From positions 37,386,001 through 37,450,000 of the forward strand of contig OX597822.1 in NCBI GenBank assembly GCA_951406725.2: a stretch of 64,000 nucleotides of DNA. The letters run 5' to 3'. This DNA is from Octopus vulgaris (taxonomy: Eukaryota). Both the position numbers and the translations under genes were made by a program. Positions 1 to 12,098 of this stretch are shown here, piece after piece (the stretch's first letter is position 1; each line of letters opens with the position of its first letter). The notes under the pieces are model-generated. The model was not told the DNA's origin. It ran no database searches and worked only from the letters and a program-made list of their open reading frames with translations.

Positions 1-376
1 GACACACTGACACAAGAAGATTAGTTTTCACATTTATCATATTAGATATATACGATGGGCTTCTTTCAGTTTCTGTCTACCAAATCCACTCACAAGGCTT
101 TGGTCAGCCCGAGGCTATAGCAGAAGACTCTTTCCCAAAGGGCCATGCAGTGGGACTGAACCCAGAACTATGTGGTTGATAAGCAAGCTACTTACCACAC
201 AGCCACTCGTGCACCTATATATATACATATATATGAAACTATAATCTCAGGGGTGTAACCAGCCCACTTATGCATAGATTTTCTTTCTTTGGACCCTAAA
301 ACTCTGCTTACAAAGACCTGTTGAGGCAAGTGAAATCAAATCAATCAAAAGCAAATTCAAAATCAAATTCGATGAC

Positions 377-1089
377 TGGCGTTCGTGCTAGCAGGGTGCA
401 AAGAGCATCATACAAGCGTGATCATTGACAGAGCAGCTAACCGGCTTCCGTGCCTGTGGCACTTAAAGGGCACCATTCGAGCGTGATCGTTACCAGCGTC
501 GCCTTACAGGCACTTGTGCCCGTGCTAGTAGGGTGCCAAGAGCACCATCCGAGCATGATCGTTGCCAGAGCAGCCAACTGGCTTCCATGCCAATGGCACG
601 TAAAAGGGCACCATTTGAGCGTGATCGTTACCAAAGTTGCCTTACTGGCACCTGTGCTTGTGGCATGTGTAAAAGGATTTGAGCGAGGTTGTTGCCAGTA
701 CCGCCTGACTGGCCCCCGTGCTGGTGGCACGTTAAAAGCACCCACTACACTCTTGGAGTGGTTGGCATTAGGAAGGGCATCCAACTGTAGAAACTCTGCC
801 AAATCAAGATTGGAGCCTGGTGCAGCCATCTAGTTCACCAGCCCTCAGTCAAAATCGTCCAACCCATGCTAGCATGGAAAGCAGACGTTAAACAATGATG
901 ATGATGATGATATATATATATATATATATATGGCTCACGGAGTGGTTGGCGTTAAGAAGAGCATCCAGCTGTAAAAGCACTGCCAGATCAGACTGGAGCC
1001 TGGTGCAGTCTCCTGGCTTCCCAGACCCTGGTCAAACTGTCCAACCCATGCTAGCATGGAAAACGGACGTTAAACAATGATGATGATGA

Positions 1090-1090
<1 letters not shown>
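377..1090 (+). mobile_element. SINE/RTE-tail elements ending in (ATG)n; the first carries an expanded ~70-bp (dimeric ~140-bp) internal tandem repeat
   Basis: Repeated GAGCGTGATCGTT units at 377-745, then GAGTGGTTGGCATTAGGAAGGGCATCCA...CCAACCCATGCTAGCATGGAAA...(ATG)n twice. Same tail near 17240(-), 23180, 40730, 57660 and 63090. Confidence 0.8.
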
Positions 1091-1139
<49 letters not shown>

Positions 1140-2085
1140 ATATATAATATATTCCTTCATGTGACTGTGTGGTAAGAAGTTTGCTTTCAAACCACATGGT
1201 TTTGAGTTCAGTCCCACTGTGTGGCACCTTGGGTAAGTGTCTTCTACTATAGCCTCAGGCTGACTAAAGCTTTGTGAATAGATTTGGTTGACAGAAACCA
1301 AAAAGAAGCCTGTTGTATATGTGTGTGTGTGTGTTTGTACCTTCGCCTGTCCCTCACCACCACTTAATAACAAGTGTTGGTGTGTTTACATCCTTGTAAC
1401 TTAGTGGTTTGGAAAAAAAAAATTGATAGTGTAAGTACCAGTTGCTTCATTGGGCTAAAAATTCTTCAATTTGTTGCTCCAGCTTGACCACGGTCTCATG
1501 ACTGAAACAAGTGAAAGATATCATTTTCCAATTGTTTTGCTAGTAGTTCATTTTAAAAGTATTCATTGATTCCTGTGTTCTCATTCTTTCATATTTAAAG
1601 TTATTGGCATTCTTAACCTTCCAATGATTAGTAGCCAGATACCACAAAACTGGCAGCTGGTCACTATAATTTCAATAACAGTGAGCCAGCAGGCCAGCCG
1701 GTCAGCCAACACACTGTATTGTATTGTCTTCCATGCTATTTGTGAATATACAATCTGAAGGCACAGTGCAATGTAATTCTGGTAGGTCAAATGATTTTAG
1801 AGTATAAACCAAATGCTATTTATTGTGTTAGCTAAACGTTTTAGTTATTTTGTGTTTATTGAAATTTAACAGGTCTGCATCGAAATATAGACCCGTTTAA
1901 TGACTATGACATTTTCAATTCCTTGCACAAACATTTCTTTCATCTAATAAATACTTTAGTATTAGATCCAGCTGCTCTCAGTCTGTCTGTCTCTTACCCT
2001 CTCTCTCTCTCACCCGGTCTCTCTCCCTCTGACCCTTTCTCTCTTTCTGCATTTGTGTCTGTGTGCACACACACATATCTACACA

Positions 2086-2128
<43 letters not shown>

Positions 2129-5040
2129 GAAATGTATGAATTTACGTACATATGTATGTGTGTATGTATGTATACATGAATGTATGTATGTAAGTATGTA
2201 TGTATATAAGAATGTCACAATTTTTTTTCCCTTTTCTTCACAGATTTTGTTATTGTTTTGTCATTTGTTCAAGTTCAAACATATCATAAACAGCTGTTAT
2301 GTTTCTTACACTTTATAACTGAAACTTTTATCCCCCACAAAGACATCCACCCACACACTTGTTCTTTCTGTTCATAAGTCAATTCACATCCATTAAACTT
2401 AAAGTCTACACCTTTCTGACAATAGATCTGTCTCTATTATAGAGATTATAACGAATTGTCTCTTCAACTGATTTAAATAGTCTTTGATGTTTCAGAAGTT
2501 GGTATATAAGCATCAATTATTATTAGAGCTGCTTATTGATATTTTATGATCTGCTAAACTGATCATCACCATTTAACATCTACTTTTTCATGTTTGCATG
2601 GGTCAGACAGAGTTTATTGGGACCAATTTACTATGACTGGGTGCCCTTTTTATTGTCAGCCCTCACCTGTTTCTAAGCAAAATAATATTTTTCCCCCATG
2701 GTCAAACATATTTTGGCCACACACATGTATGTATGTATGTATGTATGTGTGTGTGTATGTATGTATGTATGTATGTATGTATGTATGTATGCATGTATGC
2801 ATGTATGTATGTATGTATGTATGTATGTATATATATATATATATATATGTATGTGTGCATGTGTGTGGGCATTTGTGTGTGTATGTGTGATTATGGTCTT
2901 TTTATCTATGGATTGGACGAAGACTTGTTTGTAGCAACAGTTTATGGCCGGATGCCCTCCTTGTTGGTAAGTCTTACCCTTACCTGTTCCTCAAGTAAAG
3001 ACTAATTATTCCACTCCTCTACCAAAGCACTGACCGAATATTTGTAATGACAACAAAGAATGTAAATATCATGTCACCATTTTGCTCAGGCAGTGACATG
3101 CAAAGCTGTGGAATGTGGATATTCATGCATATATTTAGCCTTCACACTTTCGGTACTTTTTGGTTATCTCACCCTCATTAAAAAATTGCCATTAAAAAAT
3201 TGGGTTATCTCTCCAGACTGGATTAAAAGTTTGATCCTTTTGATTCAGTACTTCAAAACATTTTTGACTTTTGACCTCCTCAATAGGCATGGTATGATTT
3301 GTTATAAAAATGTTATTAGATTCAATGAGATGTTTTCAGTTTCCCTGCTTATTAATTTTTTTAGTTTTCATGTTTATTGTTGTTTGTTCCTTCTCGAGCC
3401 ATGCTTGGCTCATAAGGGCCAGTTTCCCGGTTTCCTTGGCGTATAGGTTCCCCACCTGGATGTGACACCGGTCCATCGCAGGTGAGCTGCAAGATGCAAG
3501 AGGAAAGAACGAGAGAAAGTTGTGGTGAAAAAGTCAGCAGAAGTTTGCCATTACCTTCTGCTGGAGCTGCATGGAACTTGGGTGTTTCGCTCATAAACAC
3601 ACACATTGCCTGGTCTGAGATTCGAACTCGTGATCCCTCAACCGCGAATCCACTGCTCTAGCCACTAGGCTATGTTCCTCCCTTCATGTTTATTATTTGT
3701 TTTCCTTTTCTTTGTTTTATTAAGGGTTAAACAATTTTTCGTAGTTGGAGGAGATGACCAAAAGTACTGATATATTTCATAAAATGGGGGAGGGGAGAGA
3801 TAACCCCCTTTTTTAATGGGGGGTGAGATGACCAAAAAGTACCACACTTTCTGTCCCCATCCCTTTCCTTCTTCTAGATGTGAGAAGCCATGCAGATCCC
3901 TACACAGGAACCTGCACTACCCCAGCCCTTGTAGTAAACACCTTGTTCCCTAGCATGAAACTGACGCTTCCCATCCCCCAAGGGTTTGTAGTCTTGTAAA
4001 CTGCATAGTGACCTCAATACTACAGGTGACAGGGAAAGGGCATCCAGCACACTGCAACTGGTTGGCATTAGTAAAGGCGGCAGGCTGGCAAAATCGTTAG
4101 CACACTAGGAAAAATGCTTTGTGGTATTTCATCTGCCATTACGTTCTGAGTTCAAATTCTGCTGAGGTCGACTTTGCTTTTCATCTTTTCGGGGTCAATT
4201 AAATAAGTACCAGTTACACACTCGGGTCGATGTAATCGACTTAATCCCTTTGTCTCTTCTTGTTTGTCCCCTCTATGTTTAGACCCTGTGGGCAGTAAAG
4301 AAATAAATTAGGAAAGGTATGCATTGCCACAGCAGACACTGGAGCTCAATGCAGTCCTTGGTCACATCAGGTCCCATCAAACCTTCCAACCCATGCCAGG
4401 AACTTAATGTTTAAACAATGATGATGATATGAATGCATGTATGCACATATATGTGATAGAAGAAACTTGCCTGTGTTATCAAGCAGAAACATAAAACTTA
4501 AAATCACATAGTTACAAAGCAAACACACACACACACACTCACATGTATACATGTATGCATGTACATATGTATGTATATATATATATATGGATGTATATAT
4601 ATATATGTGTATATATACTCTTTTATTTTACTTGTTTCAGTTATATGACTATGGCCATGCTGGAGCACCGCCTTTAGTCAAACAGATTGATGCCAAAACT
4701 TATTCTTTGTAAGTCCAGTACTTATTCTATCAGTCTCTTTTGATGAACCGCACAATTACAGGGATGTAAACAAACCAACGTCAGTTGTCAAGTGTGATGG
4801 TGGGGGCGACAAACACAGACACACAAATACATACATACACACATACATACATACATACATATACATATATATATGTATATGACAGGTTTCGGTTTCTTTC
4901 CGTTTCCATCTACCAAATCCATTCACAAGTTTTAAATCAGCCCGAGACTATAGTACAAGACACTTACCGAAGGTCCCACGCAGTGGGACTGAACCCAGAA
5001 CCATGTGTTTGGGAAGCAAGCTTCTTATCACACAGCCACT

Positions 5041-5075
<35 letters not shown>

Positions 5076-5080
<5 letters not shown>

Positions 5081-5519
5081 TAACAATTGAAGGACAGCTG
5101 TCAGTTCATTACACCCGTTTCTAATGGCTCCTTTAATTCATTAATGAGTACATTACATCATTATAAAGAAACCGTTTTCCTCATTTGAATACATGAACTT
5201 TACAATCAAGGACATTCAAAATTATTTAACATATTTTAAAATTGACGGAGCCAAAACATTTTCAATGATTCTGCTACTGTTTCATTTGACAGAATTTCCG
5301 TCAACTGAAATAACAGCAGCATCAATGAAAATGTTTTGCTCTGTGCCCATGGATTTTAAAGTGTGTTAAATCATTTTGGATGTCTTTGATTGTAAAGTTC
5401 AGGTATTCATCTGAGAAAAACATTTTCTTTATAATGATGTAACATACTCATTAATCAATTAAAAGAGTCATTAGAAAAGGGCGTAATGAATTGACACCTG
5501 TCCTTCAATTGTGACTTAT
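5076..5519. repeat. ~440-bp imperfect palindrome (fold-back) with essentially no spacer
   Basis: Left arm ATAAGTAACAATTGAAGGACAGCTGTCAGTTCATTACACCC... is the reverse complement of ...GGGCGTAATGAATTGACACCTGTCCTTCAATTGTGACTTAT; axis at about 5295. Confidence 0.92.
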
Positions 5520-5786
5520 TTATATTTTTTTCACCTCTCTTATTCATCTCGGAACATGCTCTTCGCAAATTCTGAAGTATATCATGGATGGTATATTTAA
5601 TAAAATGTACATGTCTGAACAGCTCAAGAGTAGATTATATACTCAGCTGGGTCTAATATCATTCAGCTGGTACTTCTGTACCAAGACTGATATTTACATA
5701 ATATTGTTATGTGTATATTATTCCGACCTAATGAGGAGCCTCAACTTACGTACCTAATTCAACTGAATTTTACTTATACCTCTCTA

Positions 5787-5858
<72 letters not shown>

Positions 5859-5887
5859 CCCATCTATCCATCCATCGAGCTATCTAA

Positions 5888-5925
<38 letters not shown>

Positions 5926-8462
5926 CATCCTCATCATCATTATCATCATCATTTAATATCTGTTGTCCATGCTGGCATGGGTTAGACAGTTTGACCAGGG
6001 CTGATAAACTGGAAGGCTGCACCAGATTTGACATGGTTTTCTATGGCTGGATGCTCTTCCTAATGCCAACCACTTTGAGGATGTAATGGGTACTTTTATG
6101 TGTCACCACCATGGATGCCATATGTGGGACACCAGTATCTTCTACGGCTACGATTTTGCTTGGCTTGATGGGTCTTCTTCTCAAGCCTGACATAATGCCA
6201 GAGGTGTTGGTCATTGTCTCCATGAGGTCCAACACTTGAACCGTTACCTCTATGAGGCTCAACACACACACACACATGTACACGCGTAGTGATCTGTGTA
6301 TCATGCTTAAAACATATATTTCGTTGAATGTCTGATAAAGTATAATGAATTTGTCTCAAGAAAGCATCTCTTTTAGACATATAGTATTAAAAAACACAGA
6401 AATATGTTAGTAGCAGACAAAAACCAACTAGCAGCAGTGGTAGCATTACTCAATATGTATTTCTACCTCCTTGAGCTTCACCAGTAGTAAGCATCCACAA
6501 ATCCAGTGGTTTCCTTCTAGGATGAGGGAAAGATCTGGGGGATGCTTCAGAAAGGGGTCTATGTTTGTAGTGGTAGGAGGGCACTAAGAATGTGACCTGG
6601 GTGCCAGGGGAGCAGCAGCCTGAGAAAATTTGGGAGCTACTGCAGTAAACAACCCCATGCTAAGATAAAATCAATCATTATTGATACTGTAAAATAATAC
6701 TGATAAGAACCACTGATAAAATTAGTGGGAAGGCTGAATAATAATTTGCTATAAGCTACTGAGACAAAACAGCATTAGTTCAAAACAGCTATCTGTTTAT
6801 TATATGTAAAGCATATACATTGTTGAAATCATGAGACAGAAATATGCATTGAGCAATGCCAGCAATGCTGCTGAATGCCTTTTGTCTGCCACTAATATAT
6901 TTCTGTGGGTTTTTTAAAACTGCGTGTCTATAAGATAACATGATGTTGCAGAACTGTTTAACACATTCATTTTATTGTAATATTAGACATCTTGTCAATT
7001 TGGCTGTTTAACCTTAAATACTGGAATATTGGCTCATCAGAGGTTTTCTTAACGTGAAGTCACATGACCCAGTTGTTGGCCAATTTAGTTGCAGGTATTG
7101 GTCAGTTTTAACTGTCCAATTGTGTATTTGTAGCAGAATTTGTCCCCAACATGGGAAAAAACCATCTTGGTCTGTGGAGCCAAACTATGGTTATATAGAC
7201 ACCATTTTCTTTCGCTCTTTGTTGGTGTCTTTGGGCCAGCCACCATAGACCAGATACCAGCCAGTCTCATCACTGCCTTCAACCAGTCGCTGCCTGTCTT
7301 CATCATTGCAGTAAAAGACAGCACAGCACAGTCACATCATAAGATCCAGTTGAGTGGAAGAAATTTGAATGTTTGTTCCAGACTGTAGTATTAACACCAT
7401 TCCCTTTGGCAATCTTCTATTATTATAACGAGAGGAATAAATTAACGCTTGTTCAACTTATTCAAATCTTATTGTTCTTTCCACATCACGCTGTTATAAA
7501 TGGTGACCTAATTACTCTTCCCGTCATAAGGATTTCAATTTAACATCATCATTTGACCTGTGGGTACATTCAGTGGAGTTCACTCTGTAACAAGTAGATC
7601 AGGTATCTGGTTTGAAGATAACTTCCTCCCACCAGTCTCAGGGACCTTCCCCTCTGAGTAACAATTAGTATGTGAGTGCATGATAATAAAATCATCCTGA
7701 ATCAGTCTTGATGACACAACGGATTTAAAACTAGAGGATATATATATAACAGATAGAGAAAAGCTATTACTGGATCATTTAATTCCTACATAAATCCACG
7801 GTTCTTTTATGACCACATTTGCAGTTTTACTTCATCTCTTTCGAGATGATTAAATAAATTGCAGTCATGTGTTTAACCTATAAAGCGTTGGGATTTGCAC
7901 TGAGCACATTTTATGAAAATGAGACTACTATGCACACATACAAAAACAAAAAATAGTTAAAATATCTTCTTAGTATATAATAGTGGCAAGTTTTACATCA
8001 TCTGAAACGTCATTAGTTGAACTATTAGTCCTCTTGCATTCTGTGGGGTAAAGGAGAGCATTTGAGTGACATTAGATACCAACAAACACCCATAAATTAA
8101 ACGTATCTATCTGGGCCACGATCATGGCCTGTCAATCTGTGCCTGACAGTCACGATCTTGACCCGTTGCGCTTTATATGTTAATTGCAGTTGAACTTCGG
8201 AAATGAGGAAACAAATTTCAAGGGAAATAATTAGATCTTAAATAAAAAGGAATTATTTCCCTTTAGTTATTTGATGCAGCACTGAATTTTGTCAGTGAAC
8301 AGGTTGCGGTCTCAAAGCAACGAAAATATTTTGGCAAATTAAATTTAAATGTTGAAGTGAATCTAACGGTTTTTGTGTTTCTTAAATAGCTTATAAACAC
8401 CTTCCGCGCTGCAATTATTTATTTGACTTCCTTTCTTAAATTGCTTTTTAATATATACACAA

Positions 8463-9350
8463 TGGCGATCTAGCAGAAACGTTTGCACGCCGGGCGAAAT
8501 GCTTAGCGGTATTTCTTCTGCGTTACGTTGTGAGTTCAAATTCCGCCGAGGTCGACTTTGCCTTTCATCCTTTCGGGGTCGATTAAATAAGTACCAGTTA
8601 CGGACTAGGGTCGATGTAATCGACTTAATACCTATGTCTGTCCTTGTTTGTCCCCTCTATGTTTAGCCCCTTGTGGGTAGTAAAGAAATAGGTATTTCGT
8701 CTGCCGTTACGTTCTGAGTTCAAATTCTGCCGAGGTCGACTTTGCCTTTCATCCTTTCGGGGTCGATTAAATAAGTACCAGTTACGCACTGAGGTCGATA
8801 TAATCGACTTAATCTGTCTTTATGTTCTGAGTTCAAATTCCGCCGAGATGGACTTTGCCTTTCATCCTTTCGGGGTCGATAAATTAAGTACCAGTTGCGT
8901 ACTGGTTCGATCTAATCGACTGGGCCCCTCCCCCAAAATTTCGAGCCTTATGCCTAGAGTAAAAAAGAATATTTACGCAAGACAGGACGGCGAGCTGGCA
9001 GAATCATTAGCAGACTCAGGTCAATGTAATCGATTTACCTCCCCCGAAATTACTGGATTTGTGCCAAATTTTGAAATCAATATTTACGCATTATAGGGTG
9101 GCGAGCTGGCGGAATCATTAGCACGCCCAGCAAAATGCTTCGTTGCATTTCGTACATCTACGTTCTGAGTTCAAATTTTGCTGAGGTCATCTTTGCCCTT
9201 CATCCTTTCGAGATCAATAAAATAAGTGCCAGTTGAACACTGGTGTCAATGTAATTAACTTAACCCCTCTTCCAAACTTGCTGGCCTAGTGCCAAAATTT
9301 GAAACCAATATTTACGCAAGATAAGATGATGAGCTGGCGGAATCGCCATG
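8463..9350 (+). mobile_element. Tandem cluster of tRNA-derived SINEs with a Deu/Nin-like central domain
   Basis: Repeated head GGCGAGCTGGCAGAATCGTTAGC, B-box-like GAGTTCAAATTCC and domain GTCGACTTTGCCTTTCATCCTTTCGGGGTCGA...AAGTACCAG. Further copies near 4075, 12310(-), 13505(-), 15234, 24380(-), 32680, 33470-33900, 35760 and 54430. Confidence 0.85.
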
Positions 9351-9473
9351 ATGAAGGGATAATCCAGAAAGAGAAAGGAGGCAACTTGAACATTTGTTCT
9401 GATTCCTCTGTTTATTATCAATTTATTTTATATCACAGTTAGGGTACAATAGCTTCATCGGTTGTAGGTCCCA

Positions 9474-9567
9474 ATGGACCAATCATTGCTTCACTGTATT
9501 GTTAATGAGGAGAGCGATAAAGGAGTATTTGAAAAATGGGACAGAAAACTGTTGCACAAAAAAAAAT
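9474..9567 (+). CDS. Candidate exon 1 (coding part) of a small 63-aa ORF
   Basis: Strong acceptor TTATTTTATATCACAG ending 9438; in-frame stop at 9465-9467; ATG at 9474 gives MDQSLLHCIVNEESDKGVFEKWDRKLLHKKK; phase-1 donor T|GTTAGG at 9568 (weak). Confidence 0.35.
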
Positions 9568-9707
9568 GTTAGGACCACTGGCTTTTCATTTCCCTTACCA
9601 GTGTTCATATCATTTGCATTAGCAAAACACATGCAGACTTGCCCACCCCTACAAACACATAGATATGTGTATGTGTGTAAATCTCTCTCCCCACTCTCTC
9701 TCTCTCT

Positions 9708-9741
<34 letters not shown>

Positions 9742-9819
9742 GAAATTTATAGGAAAAAAAAGATGAAGACAGATGTGTGAACAACAAATGAGTGTATTAG
9801 CTTGGGAAAGTGAAAATGC

Positions 9820-9855
9820 CTCTTATGTTTCAAGCCTATGCTCTTCAGCAGAAAG
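9820..9855 (-). ncRNA. Decayed copy of the same hammerhead-like family as 13781-13816
   Basis: Minus strand reads CTTT-CTGCTGA-A-GAGC-ATAG-GCTT-GAAACAT-A-AGAG; several differences from the 13781 copy are CpG-type transitions, and the flanks are also similar. Confidence 0.5.
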
Positions 9856-10042
9856 GAATAAGAGAAACTAAACAGAGAGGATGAATGAAAAAACTTGTAG
9901 ATTTCAGTGGTCCAGCATATATGTATATATATATATATATAGACCGGAGTAAACACATAAATGTGAAACAAGGTGGAAAAAAGAGTACTCAAATACCAGT
10001 GGTAGAGTAATATGCTTTATTTTAAGCAGCAGAAAAATCAAC

Positions 10043-10089
10043 AAAATCTGTTACTCTGAGTTTCTCGTTGCCGTTCATCAGACAGTTTT
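10043..10089 (-). ncRNA. Minimal type I hammerhead ribozyme motif in a Penelope-like pseudo-LTR remnant (about 9941-10105)
   Basis: Minus strand reads CTGT-CTGATGA-A-CG-GCAA-CG-A-GAAACTC-A-GAGT-A-ACAG: perfect core, GNRA-capped stem II, near-palindromic stem III, GUA triplet, stem I CTGT/ACAG. Confidence 0.75.
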
Positions 10090-10618
10090 TGCTAGAATGG
10101 AACATATATATTAATTCAATCTATACTCTTACAAACGCTACACCTTTAAAAAGAAAACTTGGAATATATTCTTCTAATATGTGGTATGATAGAAGTCACT
10201 TGCCAAGGAGTGGCACAATGGGAGTGAACCTGGAAGCAAGTGACACCAAAGAAAACTTAACCATCCAAACATACCTGTACACCTTTGATCATTCAGCCAT
10301 ATCACTTTACCAGGCTTCTATGGTGAAAGGGAAATGTGAGTAGATTATTTTGTCTGACACAGTAAATCTTGGATTATTTACATAGCTGTTGTTTAAAGGT
10401 GACTGTTGTCACAGCTGATCCTTGTCATGGTTGAATGAGGATGACAGAGATAAAAATGCTAACCTAACTCACTGTTGTTATAACAGATCATTTTCACAGA
10501 TGACTGCTGACAACATAGGTACAGGTAAAAATGCTGTCTCCACTCACTGTTGTCACAGATCACTGATGAAGCAACTAAAGGTTATTGTGATTATTTAATT
10601 GTTTGTTCTTGCTACAAG

Positions 10619-10647
10619 TGAAGGCTAATTCTTTTACAAATCACAAG
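10619..10647 (+). CDS. Candidate 29-nt exon 2 of the small ORF
   Basis: T-rich tract TTATTTAATTGTTTGTTCTTGCTACAAG acceptor (weak AAG) and perfect AAG|GTAAGT donor; phase 1 in, phase 0 out; reads (L)KANSFTNHK in frame with both neighbouring exons. Confidence 0.4.
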
Positions 10648-11341
10648 GTAAGTTATTGTTTATATCCTCAGTAGGTTTTCTTAGGGGCCTAAATAGCTGG
10701 TCCAAAAAATCAAAAATCAAGTTGTTTTCATTTAAGCTTCTTTTCAGAACCCAAATATATCTTCTTTTTTGCTTCAGTGTTTTCTAATTTAATCTTTTAT
10801 ACTGCACCCTCTCCTTCACTATTGTAACTTGACAATGTAATATGTTGTGTGTCACAAGAATGAGGGATTCACAGATTAACACAATGTTTTAATCAACAAA
10901 ATCATATTAACAATATTAACAGGGACGAGAAAACAAGATCAGTTAACTGTTACCTTTGTTGGTAATGAAGGGTGTTCCTACATGGTCACTCTAATTGTTA
11001 GAAATAGCAAACAAATTTCTCCCAAACCATACCTTATTTTCTCAAAAGGATGAAGGACAGATTTAGTGGTGTTATTTTAAATGTACTGGGTCAGAATAAA
11101 AGATGGAATGGTCACTGGTGGGACATTTTTTTTAATCATATGTCAGCTGAATCAGGGTTGACATGGATCTAAAGAACAACAATAACGTGATAGAAGAACC
11201 TGTGACATAATGTAGTCCTAAATACACTATCATGTGTAGATGGTCATGGCTGGAACACAATTGATTGTATGTCTGCTGAGTCAGGGCTGATCTGGAGCTA
11301 AAGAAATATCGCTAACAACAACAAAAACAACAACAATAACA

Positions 11342-11373
<32 letters not shown>

Positions 11374-11439
11374 AGCAGCAGCGATGATGACGACAATGAC
11401 GACGTCATTGTGTTTTCTGCATTACTCTGTCCTTGACAG

Positions 11440-11508
11440 TATGAAATCATAATTAAGAAGTGTGAAGCAGCAAAACTACAACTACTGGATGAGGAAGTTC
11501 TGTGGTAG
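11440..11508 (+). CDS. Candidate terminal coding exon 3 of the small ORF
   Basis: Good acceptor TGTTTTCTGCATTACTCTGTCCTTGACAG, then YEIIIKKCEAAKLQLLDEEVLW-stop in phase 0. Confidence 0.4.
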   Translation, partial: YEIIIKKCEAAKLQLLDEEVLW

Positions 11509-11636
11509 ATTAAACACTGCATAACTCTTGAAAGTCCTTTGGCTTTCAGAATGATATATGAGTAGGAGCTTTCATTTTATATCACCAGAAGCAATTCCTC
11601 CTGGAAGAAGCTTCAAATGGTCTTTGGAAGCTTTAA

Positions 11637-12098
11637 CCCTTTCTTTACCATATTTCTTTTGAGATGCTCTGTGTTTCTTTCAACTGATTTTAAATATAAC
11701 AAAGAATTTAGTAAAATAACTTAGTTATCATTAAGCTAGTGTTAGAAACATAAATTGTGACTAAGGTTTGGTGGAAGATTTTAATTTAAAACTTATGACA
11801 ATAAAACATTTGTACCACAGAGCCAGAGCTGGTTTCAGCAGGGTTGGTACCAAAAGGGCTGAATCAATCATTTGTTAACCCTTTTGTTACCATATTTCTT
11901 TTGAGATGCTCTGTGTTTCTTTCAATTAATTTTAAATATAACAAAGAAATTAGCAAAATTACTTAGTTATCATTAAGCTAGAGTTAGGAACATAAATTGT
12001 GACTAAGGTTTGGTGGAAGATTTTAATTCAAAACTTATGACAACAAGACGTTTGTACTAGAGCCAGAGGCGGTTTCAGCTGGGTTGGTATTGAAAGGG
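11637..12098. mobile_element. Two adjacent ~220-bp piggyBac-type MITEs (11637-11858, 11879-12098)
   Basis: TTAA|CCCTTT...AAAGGG|TTAA termini with internal TACC/GGTA symmetry; the two copies are highly similar; the right TTAA of copy 1 has decayed to CTGA. Confidence 0.8.

Noticed and set aside
437-833. Overlapping 130-aa and 127-aa ORFs with internal repeats; repeat spacing superficially CRISPR-like
   Set aside because: These are degenerate tandem units inside a SINE-type element, with no unique spacers and no cas genes, in eukaryotic DNA.
1600-1980. Possible exon pair around a 91-nt intron (CTG|GTAGGT at 1782, AACAG at 1872) reading GLHRNIDPFNDYDIF
   Set aside because: All upstream frames hit stops without a good acceptor, and no clear downstream donor exists.
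5720-5770. CCTAATGAGGAGCC possible HHR start downstream of the long palindrome
   Set aside because: No closing stem II or GAAA is visible.
7000-7045. Minus-strand CTGATGA-GCC...GGT-TAAAC hammerhead-like pattern
   Set aside because: GAAA is missing and stems I and III are not supported; other lone CTGATGA hits (10563, 17267, 51507, 60451) likewise lack the remaining elements.
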